Source: an uncultured Eubacteriales bacterium
Lineage (GTDB): Bacteria > Bacillota > Clostridia > Christensenellales > Aristaeellaceae
Length of the DNA: 64,000 nt
Direction of reading: 5' to 3'
Assembly: GCA_902765305.1 (NCBI GenBank)
Contig: CACWZI010000014.1
Span: 886-64,885 of the forward strand
Shown: one piece after another, positions 34,964 to 49,900 of the stretch
Layout of the letters: every line of letters starts with the position of its first letter
How positions within the stretch are numbered: the stretch's first letter is position 1
The notes under the pieces: model-generated
Seen by the model: the letters and a program-made list of their open reading frames with translations, nothing else
Told to the model about the DNA's origin: nothing
Databases searched by the model: none
Translations under genes and position numbers: made by a program

Positions 34964-37900
34964 TTAGGGCAGCGGGGTGGTTGATTGATCCAGCCTGTTG
35001 GTCAGGGTCCAGTCGGTCCCTTCCGGCTTGGAAACGCCCTTATCGTCTACCTTGAACTTGAAGTACTTGGCAACCGCTGCGTTCTCAGCATTGCTTTCAT
35101 ACTCTTCCATATAGTAGGTGCCGAAGGGCAGCTTGCCAATCCAGAACGCGCCGCCAACACCGGAAGCCAACTTCTTAAGGGGCACGCCGTCCACCTTCAC
35201 AATCGTCGTTTTGTCGGCGTACTTCACTGTGAAATACTTACCCTCCAGCGGTGTCAGGCTCCCGTCCACCTTCTTCAGGATGACCTTGCGGGTGCGCGCG
35301 TCGACATTCAGGGCCAGCGCCACAGGCACGGAATCGGTGCCGAAAGTCAAGGTCTCTGTCGGCGCGGCGCCCGTATTGGTATAAGTGGGTTTCTTGCTGC
35401 TGTCCTCGCCCACTTCCACCCTGGTGATGGTGTAATACCCCTTGGGGTTCAGGTCAACCATATACATGTCCTCAACGGGCCTGTACTTCACGCTGCCGAT
35501 CGTCACGGTACCATCCGCGTCTGTCTTCTCCTTGATGAAGTACACAGCCGGAGGTATCTTCTCGAACTTGAGCAGGCCCTGGCCATAGACGTTTTCCACC
35601 TTCTTCGGGATAGTACTACCATCAGGCATGACCATAATGGTGGCGGCATCCGCGGCGGTCTCGATCGGCTTGGTAGTCGCGGTTTCTTTCTTGCCGCTGC
35701 TCCCGGTCTGTTCATAGGGAACAAACGCACCGCTGGTGTCTGTCGCAGGTGTATAAACACCCTCGCTGACTTTGGTGGAGGTGTACAGCTCAAACTCCGC
35801 GCCGGACAGCGCATTGCCATCAGGGCCGATCTTCTTGAACACGAAGTCGAAGCCGCCGGTCCAGTAGATGCACTTCCAGGTCTTGCCGGCCTCATCCGTC
35901 AGGTCGTCGCCGTCCTGGCCGGTCAGGTAGTCCGCGCCGCAGCCGGTGCTCTCGTCGTCCCAGGCATTGCGGAAGGCCTTCATCGTGGTTTCGTTCACAG
36001 TCGAGCCGGAGTACACCGCGAACTGCTTGAGCATCTTGTAATGGTTGTTCTCCGGTTCTTTTTCCTGCTCCTCGGCCGCAACCCAGATGGTGCCCGCGCC
36101 GGAATTGATCGCGCCGGTCACGACGATGGAGGTCGCGGGCTTCGGCTTCGCGGTTTCACCGCTGCCAACCGTTCCCAGGTACCCCTTGACATAGATGTCC
36201 TGGCGCTCCTTGGTATAGGTCTTCTGGCCATTGGTTCGAGCCGCGGCGACCTCGTCGTCGGTCCCATCGCCGGTGGCGCTACTCGTATTGTCGCCGCCAT
36301 CGCTCGTGCCGCTGTCAGGTGTGCTATCGCCGTCGGACGCGGCCTGGTCGGCAGACTCAATGAAGTTGCCTCTCTCACCCAGGATATTGCCGTCGGCATC
36401 CACATCCGCGCCGCCGAAGTCCGGGCTGCCCTCCAGGTTCAGGGTCGCGCCCTCATCCAGGTATATGCCCGCGCCGTCGGCGGTGGCGGTGTTGCCGGTG
36501 ATGGTTGCAGAAGTCCCCGTGCCGGACGTGCCGTCCTTCAGGGTCATCGTGCCGCCGTTGGCCACGTACACCGCGCCGCCGTTGGCCGCCGTGTTGCCGG
36601 TGATCTCGCCGCCGGTCATCTCAGTGATCGCTCCTGCTGCCACATACACCGTGCCACCGTTGCCGGTGGTTTCGGAGTTGCGCAGCATCGCGCCATCGGC
36701 GATGGTCAGCTTGCCCGCGTTGACGTTCACGATGCCGCCGTTGACGGCGGTCTGCACGTTGCCGCTGTCAAGAACGATGTCCTTCACGGTGAACTCGGCG
36801 CTGCCTGCTTTGGTGAACATGGAAGCGTCGTTAAACGCCGGGCCGCGCCTGATGATCGCCGTGCTCGGGCTGTCCGTCGCCTGCCTGCCATTCTCCCCCT
36901 CTTTCCCGGGGACGAAGATATAGCTGTCGGCGTTGGACGCCATATAGGTATTTCCGTCGGTGGTCGTCTCTGCCGTGGTCAGGGTCACGGCGCGTGTGCC
37001 GGTGACGCTGGCGCTGGCAGGCAGCTCGTAGTCGCACAGCATCTTGACCTGAATGGCATTTCCGGTATAGGCGGTCGTGCTGCCATAGGGATACAGTGTG
37101 CCTTCTGCCGCCGCAAGGCCGCAGGTACTGGCGTCAGTTCCCTCCAGATGCGGATAGACCGCCGCGACCTTCACGTCCTGGCCGTTGATATTGCGCTGCG
37201 TGTACAGCAGGTTATTGCTGCCATCCGTCAGCTTGCAGACGATAGGTACCCAGTAAATATTGGTGTCCGTCGCCGACTTGCTTACCGCGTACAGCGCCAG
37301 GTCGCGATCATTGACGAATACCTGGGGATTGGCATGGCCTGCGTCTCCAAAGGTGCCGAAGGGTGTATCCTGAATACCATGCTTATCGTAGGTATCCGTC
37401 CCGTCGATGACATACACGCCGATGGTGCCGCCAGTCAGGCCGGTTTCGTTGGTATTGATCACCTCGTTGTTATCCACGCTCAGTACCACGTTCTTCTGCT
37501 GCCCGTTCGCGGCCGGATTGCCGTAGACCACGGGATTGCCGGAGAAGTTCAGGCGCGCATCCGCGCCGTCGACATTGATCGCGCCGCCATTGGTGCCAGT
37601 GGCCTTGTTGCCGGTGATGCTGCCGGCGGACAGGTTCAGTATGCCGCCGTTATCTACGAACACCGCGCCGCCGTTGCCGTTGGCCGTGTTGTTCGCGATG
37701 CCGCCGGCGGACATGTTCAGGATGCCACCGTTATACACGAACACCGCGCCGCCGTTGCCGTTGGCCGTGTTGTTCGCGATGCCACCACCGGACAGGTCGG
37801 CCGAGCCGGACGCCACATAGATGCCCGCGCCGTCGATGGCCTTGTTGGCGGTGCCGCCAATCGTGCCATCGGTCATGGCAAACGTGCCGCCTGCGTGGTA

Positions 37901-40900
37901 CACGCCGCCGCCGTTGGCCGCCGCTGTATTGTTATCGATGCCGCCGCCGGACACGGTGAAGCCAGGTACCGCAGGATCCGTTTCAGTGGCTTCAATGCCG
38001 GTGCTGTTCTGGTACACGCCACCGCCGTTCCTTGTGGCCGTGTTGCCGGTGATCTTGCCGTTTTCGGACAGGGCAAACACACCCGCCGCGTTGTACACGC
38101 CGCCGCCGTCTCTCGTTGCCTGATTGCCGGTGACGCTGCCGTCGGACACCGCCGCCGAGCCGGACGCCACATAGATGCCCGCGCCGTCGATGGCCTTGTT
38201 GGCCGCGCTGGCAGTGGTGCCGCCGATCGTGCCGCCGGTCATGTTGAACGTGCCGCCCGCTTGGTATACGCCGCCGCCGTTGGTCTCCGCTATGTTGCCA
38301 GCGATGTTGCCGTCCTTTAGATTCAGGGTGGCGCTGTTGTCGCTGTACACGCCGCCGCCGTTGGTCGCGCGGTTGCCGGAGATGGTGCCGCCGGTCATAG
38401 TCATCGTAGAATCGTTGAACATGCCCACGCCGCCGCCGCTGGCCGCTTCGTTATTGGTGATGGTGCCACCGGACAGGTTGAAGGTCGCACCGCCGTTCGC
38501 CAGGCGGACGCCGCCGCCCTGGCCATCGTCATTCAGCACCCGGTTCCCGGTGATGGTACCGCCGGTCATGTTCAGCGTGGACTGATAGACGTACACGCCG
38601 CCGCCGCCCTCGCTGTTCCGGGCGATGTTGTCGCTGAGGCTGGAATTCCCGGAGATGGTTGCGCTGCCGACCAACATGTACAGCGCGCCGCCGCGTCCCT
38701 TGGCCTCGTTGTGGCTGATTTCAGCATTGCCGGCGAGGTTCAGCGTGCCGCCGGCCAGGCAGATGCCGCCGCCGTTTTCTTCGTCCCACCGGGCTTCGCC
38801 CTGCTTATCGGCGGTATTGTACCGGATCTTCGCGCTGCCGGTCACTTCGGTCTGGCCGTCGGCGACATAGATGCCGCCGCCGTTGGTCGCCCTGTTGGGC
38901 TTTCCTTCGTCGCCGATCCGTGCGCTGCCGCTCACTTTCAATGTGCCGGCGGTATAGATCGCGCCGCCAAAGCCGCTTGCGGAATTGCCGACGATCGTGC
39001 CGCCGGTGACGTTAACCCTCGTTCCGGCAGGCGCGTTGACTGCGCCGCCGTTGCCATCCACCAAGGAATTGCACAGGGTCGCGCCATTGGCGATCGTGAG
39101 CACTGCCGAGGTCTGCGCGTTGTTGACGAAACCGCCTTCACAGACCACCTGGCGATTGCCGCCGTCCAGGGTGATGTTCATCAGCGTCAGGTTCGCGTTA
39201 TTGCTGATCATGGTGCCATCGCAGCTTTCACCCCGGGTAATGACGCAGACTGTGCCCGGCTCGCCCGTATAGGCGTAGCTGTCGGTATCGGTCGTGGGCG
39301 CGGTCGTCAGCGTAACGGTCTTGCCCCTCGCCACCGAAACCGACTCGTTCAGGGTATAGGTCGGAACGAGCATCTCAATTCGCCTGGCCGTGGCCTTGCC
39401 GCCCGTGCCATAGGTGAAGGTGGACGAACCCGCCGCGTTGTACGCTTCAAATCCCGCTTCCAGGGTGCCGTAGACCGCGGGGCTTCCGTTGACATAGAGG
39501 ATCTTGCCGTCTCTGTCCGTGATCTTGCAGACCACCTCGTCCCATTGCGCATACAGGGTCATGTCGCCCTTCGAGGTGCCCTGGGTGTTCTCCTGCTGCT
39601 CCGTTCCGCGGAAGAAGGTAATTTCGCTGAGGCGATCGTATTCGAAGTATCCCTTGTCAGACAGCTCCTCCTCGGTCAAGTCAACTCCATCCGTGCTCTC
39701 CGGCTTCTTTTCCATGGTCGCCCAGTTCCGGAACACATGGCTGTCCCAGGTGGGGTTCGTCTCCGTGATGGTGTACGCATGGGAGGTTTCCTGGGTTGTA
39801 AACTTGATGGTATCCGTGCGCTCAATTTTATTGTCTGACAGCTTGCCACCCGTGGCATTGTAGGTCAGCGTCGGCTTGCTGTCGTTGAACAGGTCGAAAG
39901 TGTCCCCCAGATAGCCCTTTTCAGTGCCCTCCGGAAGGGCGATGGCGATGGTCTGGTTGACAGTATCTATGACAGCATCCTGGGACCACGTCACCGAATT
40001 GTCCCTGCCTACCGTCAACGACCACGAACCGGCCGGTAGCACCGTATCCGCGTTCGCCGCAACCTGCTTGAGCGTATAGCGGCTCTTCGGGGCAAAGGTC
40101 GCCGCTTTCCCGTTCTCGCTTTCCTCCGCGCCCCAGGGAATGGTTACAAGCCCGGTCGCGTCGCTGTTGCCGGACCATACCATCATATTGGTGGTATCAT
40201 TGGTCAGGGCAAATCGGATGCCGCTGGCGGGGGTGGGATTCTTTCCATCCGAATCCACCTTGTAGACCCTGAGTTGCAGCCCCTTGCCAGTCCATACGAC
40301 GTAATTTCCGTTCGTTACGCTCGCGCCGGCCATGCCGTTCAGCGTGGTATCGCGGTCGTTGACGAACTTGTTCAGCCGCGCGCCGCCCGCATTGCTACCG
40401 GTATAGGTGCCGAAGTTCCTGGACGACATGCCGTGATCGCTGTAGATCGGATTGACAACGGCGTCCTCGACGGTCTCCGGGTCCTCCGGGTCGCCGTCGG
40501 CCACATAGACGCCGATATCGGCGCTTGTGCCCAGGCCGGTAGTGGTAATGATGCTGTTGCTGTCAAAGCCGAGGAACACGTTCATGGCGTTTATGCCGTC
40601 CGTGTCGGTGTTGCCGCGGACGACCGCGTTGCCGGAGAAGGCCAGCACGACATCGCTGTCAGTAGAAACCGCGCCCTCGGGCGATTTGTTTCCATCCTTG
40701 ATGCTGCCTCCGGACATCGTGAACGCTTTCCCGCCAGCCACATAGACTGCGCCGCCCTTATCGGAGGCGGTATTGTCGGTCATGCTGCCGCCGGTCATGG
40801 TCGCGCTGCCGCCGTCGTATACCGCGCCGCCCTGATTCGCCTCGTTTTGGGTGAAACTGGCTGCACCGGAGATAGCCACGGTCGAGCCCGTGCCGCCATA

Positions 40901-43900
40901 GACCGCGCCGCCGTTTACGGTGGCACTGTTATTCTGAAGCACGCCGCCGGCAATTCGCGCATTGGACACCGTTGCAAGTCCGCCGCCGTTGTTCGCATTG
41001 TTGCCGCTGAGGCTGCTTCCGGCATACATGGTGAACGTGGTATATTCGCCCATGCAGATGCCGCCGCCGTTGCCGCCGGCCTTGTTGCCGTCATTTTCTT
41101 CGGTGCCGCCGACGGTTCCCCTAAGGATCACGTTGGCCGCGGACCAGACCGCGCCGCCGTCGCCGCTGGCGGTATTGCCGGTCAGCACCGTGCCGGCATT
41201 GAGGTTCACGCTGCTGCCGATGGACGCATAGATCGCGCCGCCGTTGCCATTGGTGGCTTCGCAGCCGGAGATGGTGCCGGTGGCCGTGAAGCCGGTAAAG
41301 CCGATTTCGGCATAGACGCCGCCGCCCGCTGCCGCTTCGCAATTCAGGATGGCGCCGTTCATGGCCAGGGATGCGCCAGCGCCCAGCCAGATCGCGCCGC
41401 CATTGCCGCTCGTAGCGGAATTCTGCAATGTAGCGCCGCCATTGACGGTCAGTCGAACCGGGCTGGTGACCCGAACGACGCCGCCTTTAACCGTTGCATT
41501 ATGGACATCGGCCCCGCCGTCGAGGGTGATCTTATCGATGGTGAATGCGCCGTCGGTCACGATCATGCTGTCGCCGTCATAACCGCGGGTGACGGTGGAC
41601 ACATTGCCTTCGCCATCGTCTACACCTTCGTTATAGGGATACTGTTCATCCGTGGTCAGTGCCGTGGAGAGCAGCACGTTCTTGCCCGCGATCAGCGTGG
41701 CGCCCCGCTCCATGGTATATTCCGGCACGACCATCTCGATGCGCAGCTGGCCGGACACCGTGCCGTTGCCGGATGTCCTCAGGTTGCCGCTGTTGACCTG
41801 GTCAAAGGCGTCCTCCAGATGGGCGAAGATCGCCGGCTGCAGCTTTCCTGCCGTATCCCTGTAGTACAGGAGCGCGCGGCTGCGGTTGGTGATCTTGCAG
41901 ACGATCTCCAGGAAGTTGTTCGTGAATACCACTTCCTCGGGCGTCTCCGCCTCGCCAATCTTGCCATTCTGGCTCTGCGCATAGACGGGCTCGACCCCGT
42001 TCCGGGAAACCTGGGTGCGGATGTGCGTCTTCTGCTTGTCGTTCAGCGTCTCCTCCACCGTATAGGGCAGGTCCGTCGGCAGATCCCGGATCGTGATGGA
42101 TTCATTGTGCTTCAGGCTGAAGGAGGCCACGCCCGCCGTGAATTCGAGTTCGCCGATCTTCCCGGTAGCGGGATAAGTCTTGCTGATCGTGTTATCGCCA
42201 AGCGTCAGCGTGTAGTCAAAGCTCTCCTCATAATCCGATTGCACGGTGCTGACCGTCTCAGCCTTGATGGTCAGCGCATCTGTGTTGCGGGTGTTGGTGA
42301 AGGTCACGCTGGACAGGCTTGTGGAATTCGCCGTACCGATATTCTCGCCCAGCTGCCCGCTGACGGTCAGGGGCTTATCCTCTGCGAAGGCATATGCCTC
42401 CCCGTTCTTCTGCGCCGCAGTTTCATAATCCGCCTGCGCATCAGCCGACAGGATTTCCTTCACCTCATATTCAAACTTGTCAAAGTTGTTCGGGAACTCA
42501 GCGCTTGCGGATTCCCCTGCCTTCAATTTAACCGTAGCTATGCCCTGCCCGTTAAAGCTCATGCCCTTGATGCTGTTGCGCTCCGTTTGAGTCATAGAGG
42601 TTTTTTCAGGCAGGCTCACCTCAAAGGTAAACTCCGCTTCGTTCCGGTCATACGACCAGTCGCTCTCAACCGCCTTGAACACGGTGAGCAGCGGGTGGTA
42701 TTCCCAGTAGATGTAGTGATTACTCGCCACAGCGCTCTCGAAGCCGCGCAAATCTATGTTCCACAAGTCCCTGCTGCGGTCATTGACAAAGCAGAACAGC
42801 TTGTCACCGTCCTCGCTCCAGGTGCCAAAGGGATCGCCCGATTCGCCGTGTTTGGTCAGGATCGTCCCATTCGCCGTATAGACACCGATCTCGGAACGGC
42901 TGTCCAGGCCCTTGGCATTGATGATGGCGTTGGTGTCCGGGGTAAACTGGACGTTGCAGCGCGTCGTGCCGTTCAGGGTGTTGCCCGTCACAGTGCAATA
43001 GCCGGAGAAGTTGGCCCGGGAATTGCCGTTGACCAGCGCGATGCCGCCACCGATGGAGGTGGCATTGTTGCCGGTGATCGTGCCCCCGTTCATATTGATC
43101 GCGCCGCTGTTGGTCACGTAAACGCCGCCGCCATTGGCCGCGGAGCAGCCGGTGATGCTGCTGCCGGCGTTCATGGTAAAGGTGCCGTTGTTGACGGCCA
43201 CCGCGCCTCCGTTGCTCGTTCCCGCGGAGCAGTCCTTGATCTGGCTGCCGGCGTTCATGGTGAACACACAGGCTGCATCCTTGAGATACACCGCGCCGCC
43301 TGCTTTGTTGGCCGTACTGCCGTTTTGAAGTGTTGCCCCAGAGTTAAGAATTACTTCGGGAGTGGTTCCAGCAGTGGCCCATATTCGTAAAATCGCGCCT
43401 TCTGCATTATTTGCCGCCTGATGACCCCCATCCAGCGTAACATCGTTCAGAATCAACTTATTGTTGTTGCCCAGGTTGACCATGGGGACGGTCGCCGCAG
43501 TTCGCTTGATCGTAGCGGAGAATCTGCTGTCACCGGTATACTTGAAGCCGCACTCGTCCTCTTCCGTGGAAGCTGTGGTCAGCGTGACTTCCAGCGCGCC
43601 GGCGCTCAACACAATCTGCTTTCCAGACCCAAGCTCATATTCCTGCACCAGCATCTGAACCTGATACCTGTTGCTCGTGTAAGAAGTTCCTTCCGCCGTG
43701 TAGAAAGTAGGTGTCGCTGTATTGAGCGCATTGGTTCCGGTTTCCAGCTCCGAATAGACGGCAGGCGTGCCGCTGGTATCCTTGTACAGAAGGTTGCCAT
43801 CCCCGTCTGTGATCTTGCAGACGAACTCCGGCCAGATGACCAGATTGTTGCTGCTGCCCTTCATGCCATACAGGTATTGCCTGCGGTCATTGTGGTAGAC

Positions 43901-46900
43901 GTTGAGGTTTTTGTCATAATTCGTTCCGGTATTCCAAGTGCCGAAGGGCTTGCCCGACTGGCCGTGGCCCGCGTCCTGTTCGTCGGAGGCATAGACGCCG
44001 ATGTAGGCCGCCGCATTAAGGGCGTTATTCTTGATGACCGTGTTGCGGTTCTGATCCAAGTAGACGTTGCACGCGGTGTTCTGCGAGCCCATCGTATTGT
44101 GGCGCACCGTCACCGTACCCTGAAAGGTCAGCACCGCGTCAGGCCCGCCGACGGCGATGCCGCCGCCCGCGTTCACGGCATGGTTGTACGTGACGGTGGA
44201 GCCGTTAAAGGTCGCCGCCTGATTGTCGGCCACAAAGACGCCCGCGCCCATGTTCGCGGCATTCGCATTCTCCTCGGAGCCGCCGATCACCGCGCTGGCA
44301 TTGGTCATGCTGAACGTGCCGCCCGCGTGGTATACGCCGCCGCCATTGTTTGCCGCGCTATTGCGAATGATATCGCCGCCACTGAACGCAAACGCGCCGC
44401 CCGCGTGGTATACGCCGCCGCCGTTGTTCGAAGCGCGGCAGTCCGCTATCGAAGAGGTATTGTACTGGTTGAAGGTGCCGCCCGCCTGGTAAACGCCGCC
44501 GCCGTCAGCGTTTGCAATACATGCCTTGATGGCGGAAGCATTGCGCAGATTGAAGGTACCGCCCGCGACATAGACGCCGCCGCCGTTGATCGTGGCCTGG
44601 CAGTTCTCGATGGTGCCAAGGCTGGTCTTGCCGTTCTCGCCCATGTGGAAGGTGTTGGAATTCACATAGACGCCGCCGCCGTTGGACGCGAGGCAGTTCT
44701 GGATCTTGACCGTAGAATCCGCCCCGTAAAAGTAGAGGTCATTGTTACTGCCAGTGCTGGTGTGGAAAATACCGCCGCCGTTGCCCGTCGCCTGGCAGTT
44801 GGTGATGACGCCGCCATAGATTCTGACGGCTCCGCCGCCGAGATAGATGCCGCCGCCGTTGCCCGTCGCCGTGGCCGTATAAACAATCCCGCCGTTTTCG
44901 CCGGTCTCCAAGCTTCCGATGCTGCCGCCGGCATTCAAGGTGAGCGTGCCGTTGGCATTGTATACGCCGCCGCCGTTGACCGCCGAGGAAGTGACCGCCT
45001 CGGTGGTTTCCTCGCCGTTGACCGTAACGGGAAGGGTGATCAGGCCGCCGATGGACGCACCCTTGTTGTACTCCTTATTATTATAGCTTCCGTTTCCGAC
45101 AGTGTAGCTGCCGTTGTTCTTATACACGCCGCCGCCGTTGGCCGTGGCCGTGCCGGCAACCGTGCCGCCGTAGTGGTAGACCTTGGTGTTGCCGTCATAC
45201 ATGTACAGGCCGCCGCCGTTGGTGGCGCTGCCGCTGATGGAGCCGCCGAGGATGTACAGCGTGCCGTTGTTCTGGTACCAGCCGCCGCCATAGGCCGCGC
45301 CACAGCCGCTGACGGTGCCGCTGTTATAGGTCGTCGTGCCGCCGTTGACGTAGACGCCGCCGCCCTTGCTGTCGCTGTTGGTGACGGTGTTGCCGGTGAT
45401 GGTACAGCCGTCAAAGGTGGCTTTGGTAGCAGGACTGATCCAGATACCACCGCCTTGGGCCTTAGCGGTGCTGCCCTTGACGGTGCAGCTCTGCAGCGTC
45501 ACGTTCTTTGCCGGCGTATAGATAGCGCCGCCATAGTTGCCCGTCGCGGTGCAGCTTTCAAAGCTGCCGTCGCGGAAGGTAAACGACGATCCGTCTGCGT
45601 TGCGGTTTTGGTACAGACCGCCGCCGTCGGTCTGGGCTGTACAATTCTTGAACTTGCTGTCCACGCCGATTATTTTCAGCGTATGCGCGGTGGTGTGCAG
45701 CCCACCGCCGGTGTTCGTCTTGGCCGTGCAGCCGTCAAAGCCGCAGTTTGCAATGTTGACGGTACCTGCATTGTCGTGATACAAGCCGCCGCCCGCGTTG
45801 GCCGCCGTGCAGTTTACAAAGGAGCCTTTTGCACCCTCTATGGCAGAATCGTTCGCCGTATCGTAGTTTATGGTCAGCGTCTTGGCAGTAGCGTACAGAC
45901 CGCCGCCGTTTCCGTTGTTGTTGGCCTCGCAGCCGGTAAACGTGCAGTTTTCAAGCGTCACACTGCTCTTATCGGCATTTCTTAACTGGTACACCGCGCC
46001 GCCCGAGCCGTAACCGGTGCAATCGGTAAAGTTGTTGGCGTCGCCGGTGATGGAAAGGCTCTGGGCCTTCGTGTACAGCGCGCCGCCGTTGCTGGTTCTC
46101 GCCGCGCAGCGGTTAAAGTCGACGTTCTCCATCGTGACGGTCGCGCCATCTTTGTTGTTATCGATGCCGCCGCCGCGGTTCGCCACGCAGTCGATAAAGT
46201 GCGTGGAGCCGTCGTTATCAGTGTTATCCAGGAACTTTCCGGCATTGGATTTTTTTATCTCAATAGACGGAACCGCGGCGTGAACGCCGCCGCCAACATC
46301 CGCGGCGGTACAGTTCTTAAATGTAGATCCGTTGATGTGCAGCCATTTTGCGTTACCATTGGTCATTTTGATCGCGCCGCCATATTTTGACTGACAATTA
46401 TCGAATTTGCAATTCTCGATTGTCACGTACCACATGGAGCTTACGATCGCCCCGCCATTGCCGCTGTTATCAGCTCTGCATCCTTCAAACAGGCAATTTC
46501 TGACCGTGAGACAACAATCGGCGTTGTAGTTACCAATATAGCCTTCAGTGCCGCTTGCCCCCGCATCGCCAGCCAGGGCATTGATCGCTCCGCCGTTGCC
46601 TTTACTCTTATTCGTATAGCTGCCACGGAACTCGCAATTTTCTATCGTGACATCCAGGGCGTCGGTTTCGATCGTGCCGCCGGAGCCGCCCACCGAGTAG
46701 GAGTTGCTGAAGGTGCAGTCCGAGATCACCGTCTTGGAATTGGGAGCCCAGTCACTCCTGATGTTGTGGAATATGGAGCCGGCCTGGGCGTTGCCCGCGA
46801 GACATGCGCAGAAGTCGAAATCACAGCGCCTCACATACAACTCCCTGGCTGTGGTCCAGAGGCCGCCGCCGCCGGCCTTGTCATTGGAGGCGTTGGTCTG

Positions 46901-49900
46901 GCAGTTATAGAAAGAGCAATCCTCCACCGTCAGGCTGCTGCCAGTTTTTTGGTTGTCCACATACACCGCGCCGCCGTTTTTAGCGCGATAGCCTTTAAAA
47001 TCGCAGTTTGTAATGGTGACAGTCGTACAGTTCGTCGCGCTGACCGCGCCACCCGCGCCGCTTGCTGTCAGCGACCGGCCGTCAAAGGCCAGGCTGTCCA
47101 CGGTCAGCGTGCTGTTCGTCGCTGATACAGACGAGCCTGTGTTGCCTGTGTCGCGGCTGAGGGTCGCCCGGGTGCCGTTGCCTTTGTAGGGCAGGGTCTC
47201 GGCGTCTTTGGCTGCGGTGGTAAAGGTGATGTTGTAGCCGGCAGGGATTTCCAGAATATCATCCTTGGGCACCAGGTAGTCCACCAGCATCTCAATCTTA
47301 TAGGTATCATTGCCGGTAGACGCCTTCTGGGCCACGGCGTAAGCTATCGCCGCCTTCAGGGTGGAGAAGGGCTGATCTCCGATCTTGCAGATGGGCAGGG
47401 CGTCGCCGAAGATGAGGTCCGCCGATTCGTCATTCGGATTCAGCTTAAAGCTGTCGCTGCTGAAATCCACCGTTGTGCCGGTGATGGTCTGCCTTGCTCC
47501 GCCGTTGAAGGTATAGGAAACAGCGGTGCCTTCGCCCGCGCCTTCGCCGGTGAACGTACCCTTCAATGTAAATTTCTGTCCCTGTGCGCCGGGGAACATC
47601 AGCTTGATGGAATCGCCGGCGCCGAGCTTGAGGTCATCCGCGGTAAGGGTCCGCAGGGTCGTCACGGTGGCGCCGTTCTTCGCGGTCACATAGCCGTATA
47701 CGCCCTCCCCCGCGTCCTTGCCCAGCACGGTCAGTTCGGAGATATCGAGCTCAAGGCCGCTGGTGTTGTTGTTGACGACGGTCAGGTAGGCCGGGGCGGA
47801 GTAGAAGATGACCAGCTTGGTGGTATTCGCAGGCGCGGTCGTGCCGTCCTTCTTGTCATACACCCACTTGCGCGCAGTGCCGTCCCACCGGATGGTCTTC
47901 AGGTAATTTTCAAAAGTATTGTTCAGCGCCTTGTCGGAGAAGGTATAGGCATAGACCGCTGTGGAGGCATAGTCGGCCCCGACGTTGGTTACAAAATCAT
48001 TGTTGTGCTTCTCGTACAGCTTCATGGCCATCACGAGGTCGTAGATATCGCTCTGGCGCGTGCGCGGCGCATAGGTTTTGTTGGTGCATACCTTTTTGCT
48101 GGGAGCAGCGGTGTAGCTTGTGGTGGGCGGGAACTGGCTGTCGTAATTCTTCAGCCAGTAAATATCGTAGGTCAGGTTGCCGATCCAGTACACCCGGTTG
48201 TTTTCATACGCCACCTTCAGGTCGCTGAAGCGGTCGCTCTTGAACACGTTGGAGATGTTGGCAAGTGTGCCGGCGGATACATAGGCGCCGAAATAGCCGG
48301 TGACATCGCCGTGCTTGACCACCTGGTCGCTGTTCACGTCGCCGGGCACATAGATGCCGATCTTCTTGCCGTTGTTCAGGCTGTCGGCGTTGACGACCAG
48401 CTCGGAATCCACGTCCAGGTAGACGTTGCTCTGCGCGCCGTTCATCGTGTTGTTGTTGACCTCGGCATTGCCCTTGAAGTTCAGGCGCGCCAAAGTGCCG
48501 CCGACGCCGATGGCGCCGCCGTTCGTTGCGGTGTTCCCGGTGATGGACGCAGAGACATTGGCAATGCCCGACCCGACGAAGATCGCCGCGCCGTTGACCG
48601 CGCTGTTGCCGCCGTTGATGCTGCCGCCGGTATAGTTCACCGTGCCGCTGTCCGCGTAGACCGCGCCGCCCTCACCGCTTTCAGCGCTGTTTCCGGCGAG
48701 CGTGCCGCCGCTGATGGTCACCGGGCCGCTGCCAGAGTAAATCGCGCCGCCGTTGCCCTGCTTGGCCACGTTGCCCTTGCCGGTGCCGCCCAGGGTGCCG
48801 CCCTTGACCGTCACGGAAGCGCTGTCGACATAGATCGCGCCGCCGTTGGCATTGGCCTCGTTGCTCTCCAGCTTGCCCTTTTCCACGGTGATCGCGCCGC
48901 TGGTGGCGTAGATCGCGCCGCCGTTTTCAGCCGTATTCGCGTTCAGCGTGCTGTTTGCGTTCATGACGGTCACGCTGCCGCCCTCCATGTACAGAGCGCC
49001 GCCGTTGCCGGTGGCCGCGTTGCCTTTGAAGGACGCCGCCGTGCCCTCGGTCGCCGCGTTGGTCCAGGTGCCGCCGATCACCGTATCGGCGTTCAGCGCG
49101 TAGATCGCGCCGCCGTTGTCCGTGGCGGTATTCCCGGTGAAACGCGCCCCGTTGAGGTTCAGCGTGGTGCCGCTGGTGTAGATCGCGCCGCCGTTCGCGG
49201 CGGAGTTGGCCGCGCCCTCCGCGTCGCCGCCGAGGGTGCCCGTGACGGTCACGGCGCCGCCGACGGTATAGAGGCCGCCGCCGTTTTCATTTGCGGTGTT
49301 GCCACTGAGCGTGCCGCCCACCGTCAGGGTGCCGTTCACGCGGTAGATGCCGCCGCCGCTGGCCGCGCCGTTGCCGCTGATGACGCCTTCATTATCCACC
49401 GTGCCGCCGGCCTGGTAGACCGCGCCGCCGTTGCCGGTCGCGCTGGTCGCGCTGTTGTCGGACAGGCTGCCGCCCGCCTCCACGGTCAGGGTGCCGTTGC
49501 TCACGTAGACCGCGCCGCCGTTGACCGACGCGGTGTTCTGATTCATGCTGCCGCTGACCGTCAGCGTGCCGCCGACCTGATAGACCGCGCCGCCGTTGTC
49601 GGCCCCGTTTCCAGTCACGGACCCGGTCACGTTGACCATGCCCTTGTTGATGTACACCGCGCCGCCGCTGGTGGCCGTGTTGCCATCGCCTTCTCCGGTG
49701 CCGCCGATGGTGCCGCCGATGTTGACTGTACCGTCATTGACATGCACCGCGCCGCCGGTCGCGGCGGAGTTGCCGATGAGCTTTCCGTCAGCGCCCATCG
49801 TAAACGTGCCCGCCTTGACATACACCGCGCCGCCGCCGTTTGTGACCGCATTGTTGGTCAGGGTGCCGTTCACGGTCACGGTGCCGCCGGCCTGATAGAT

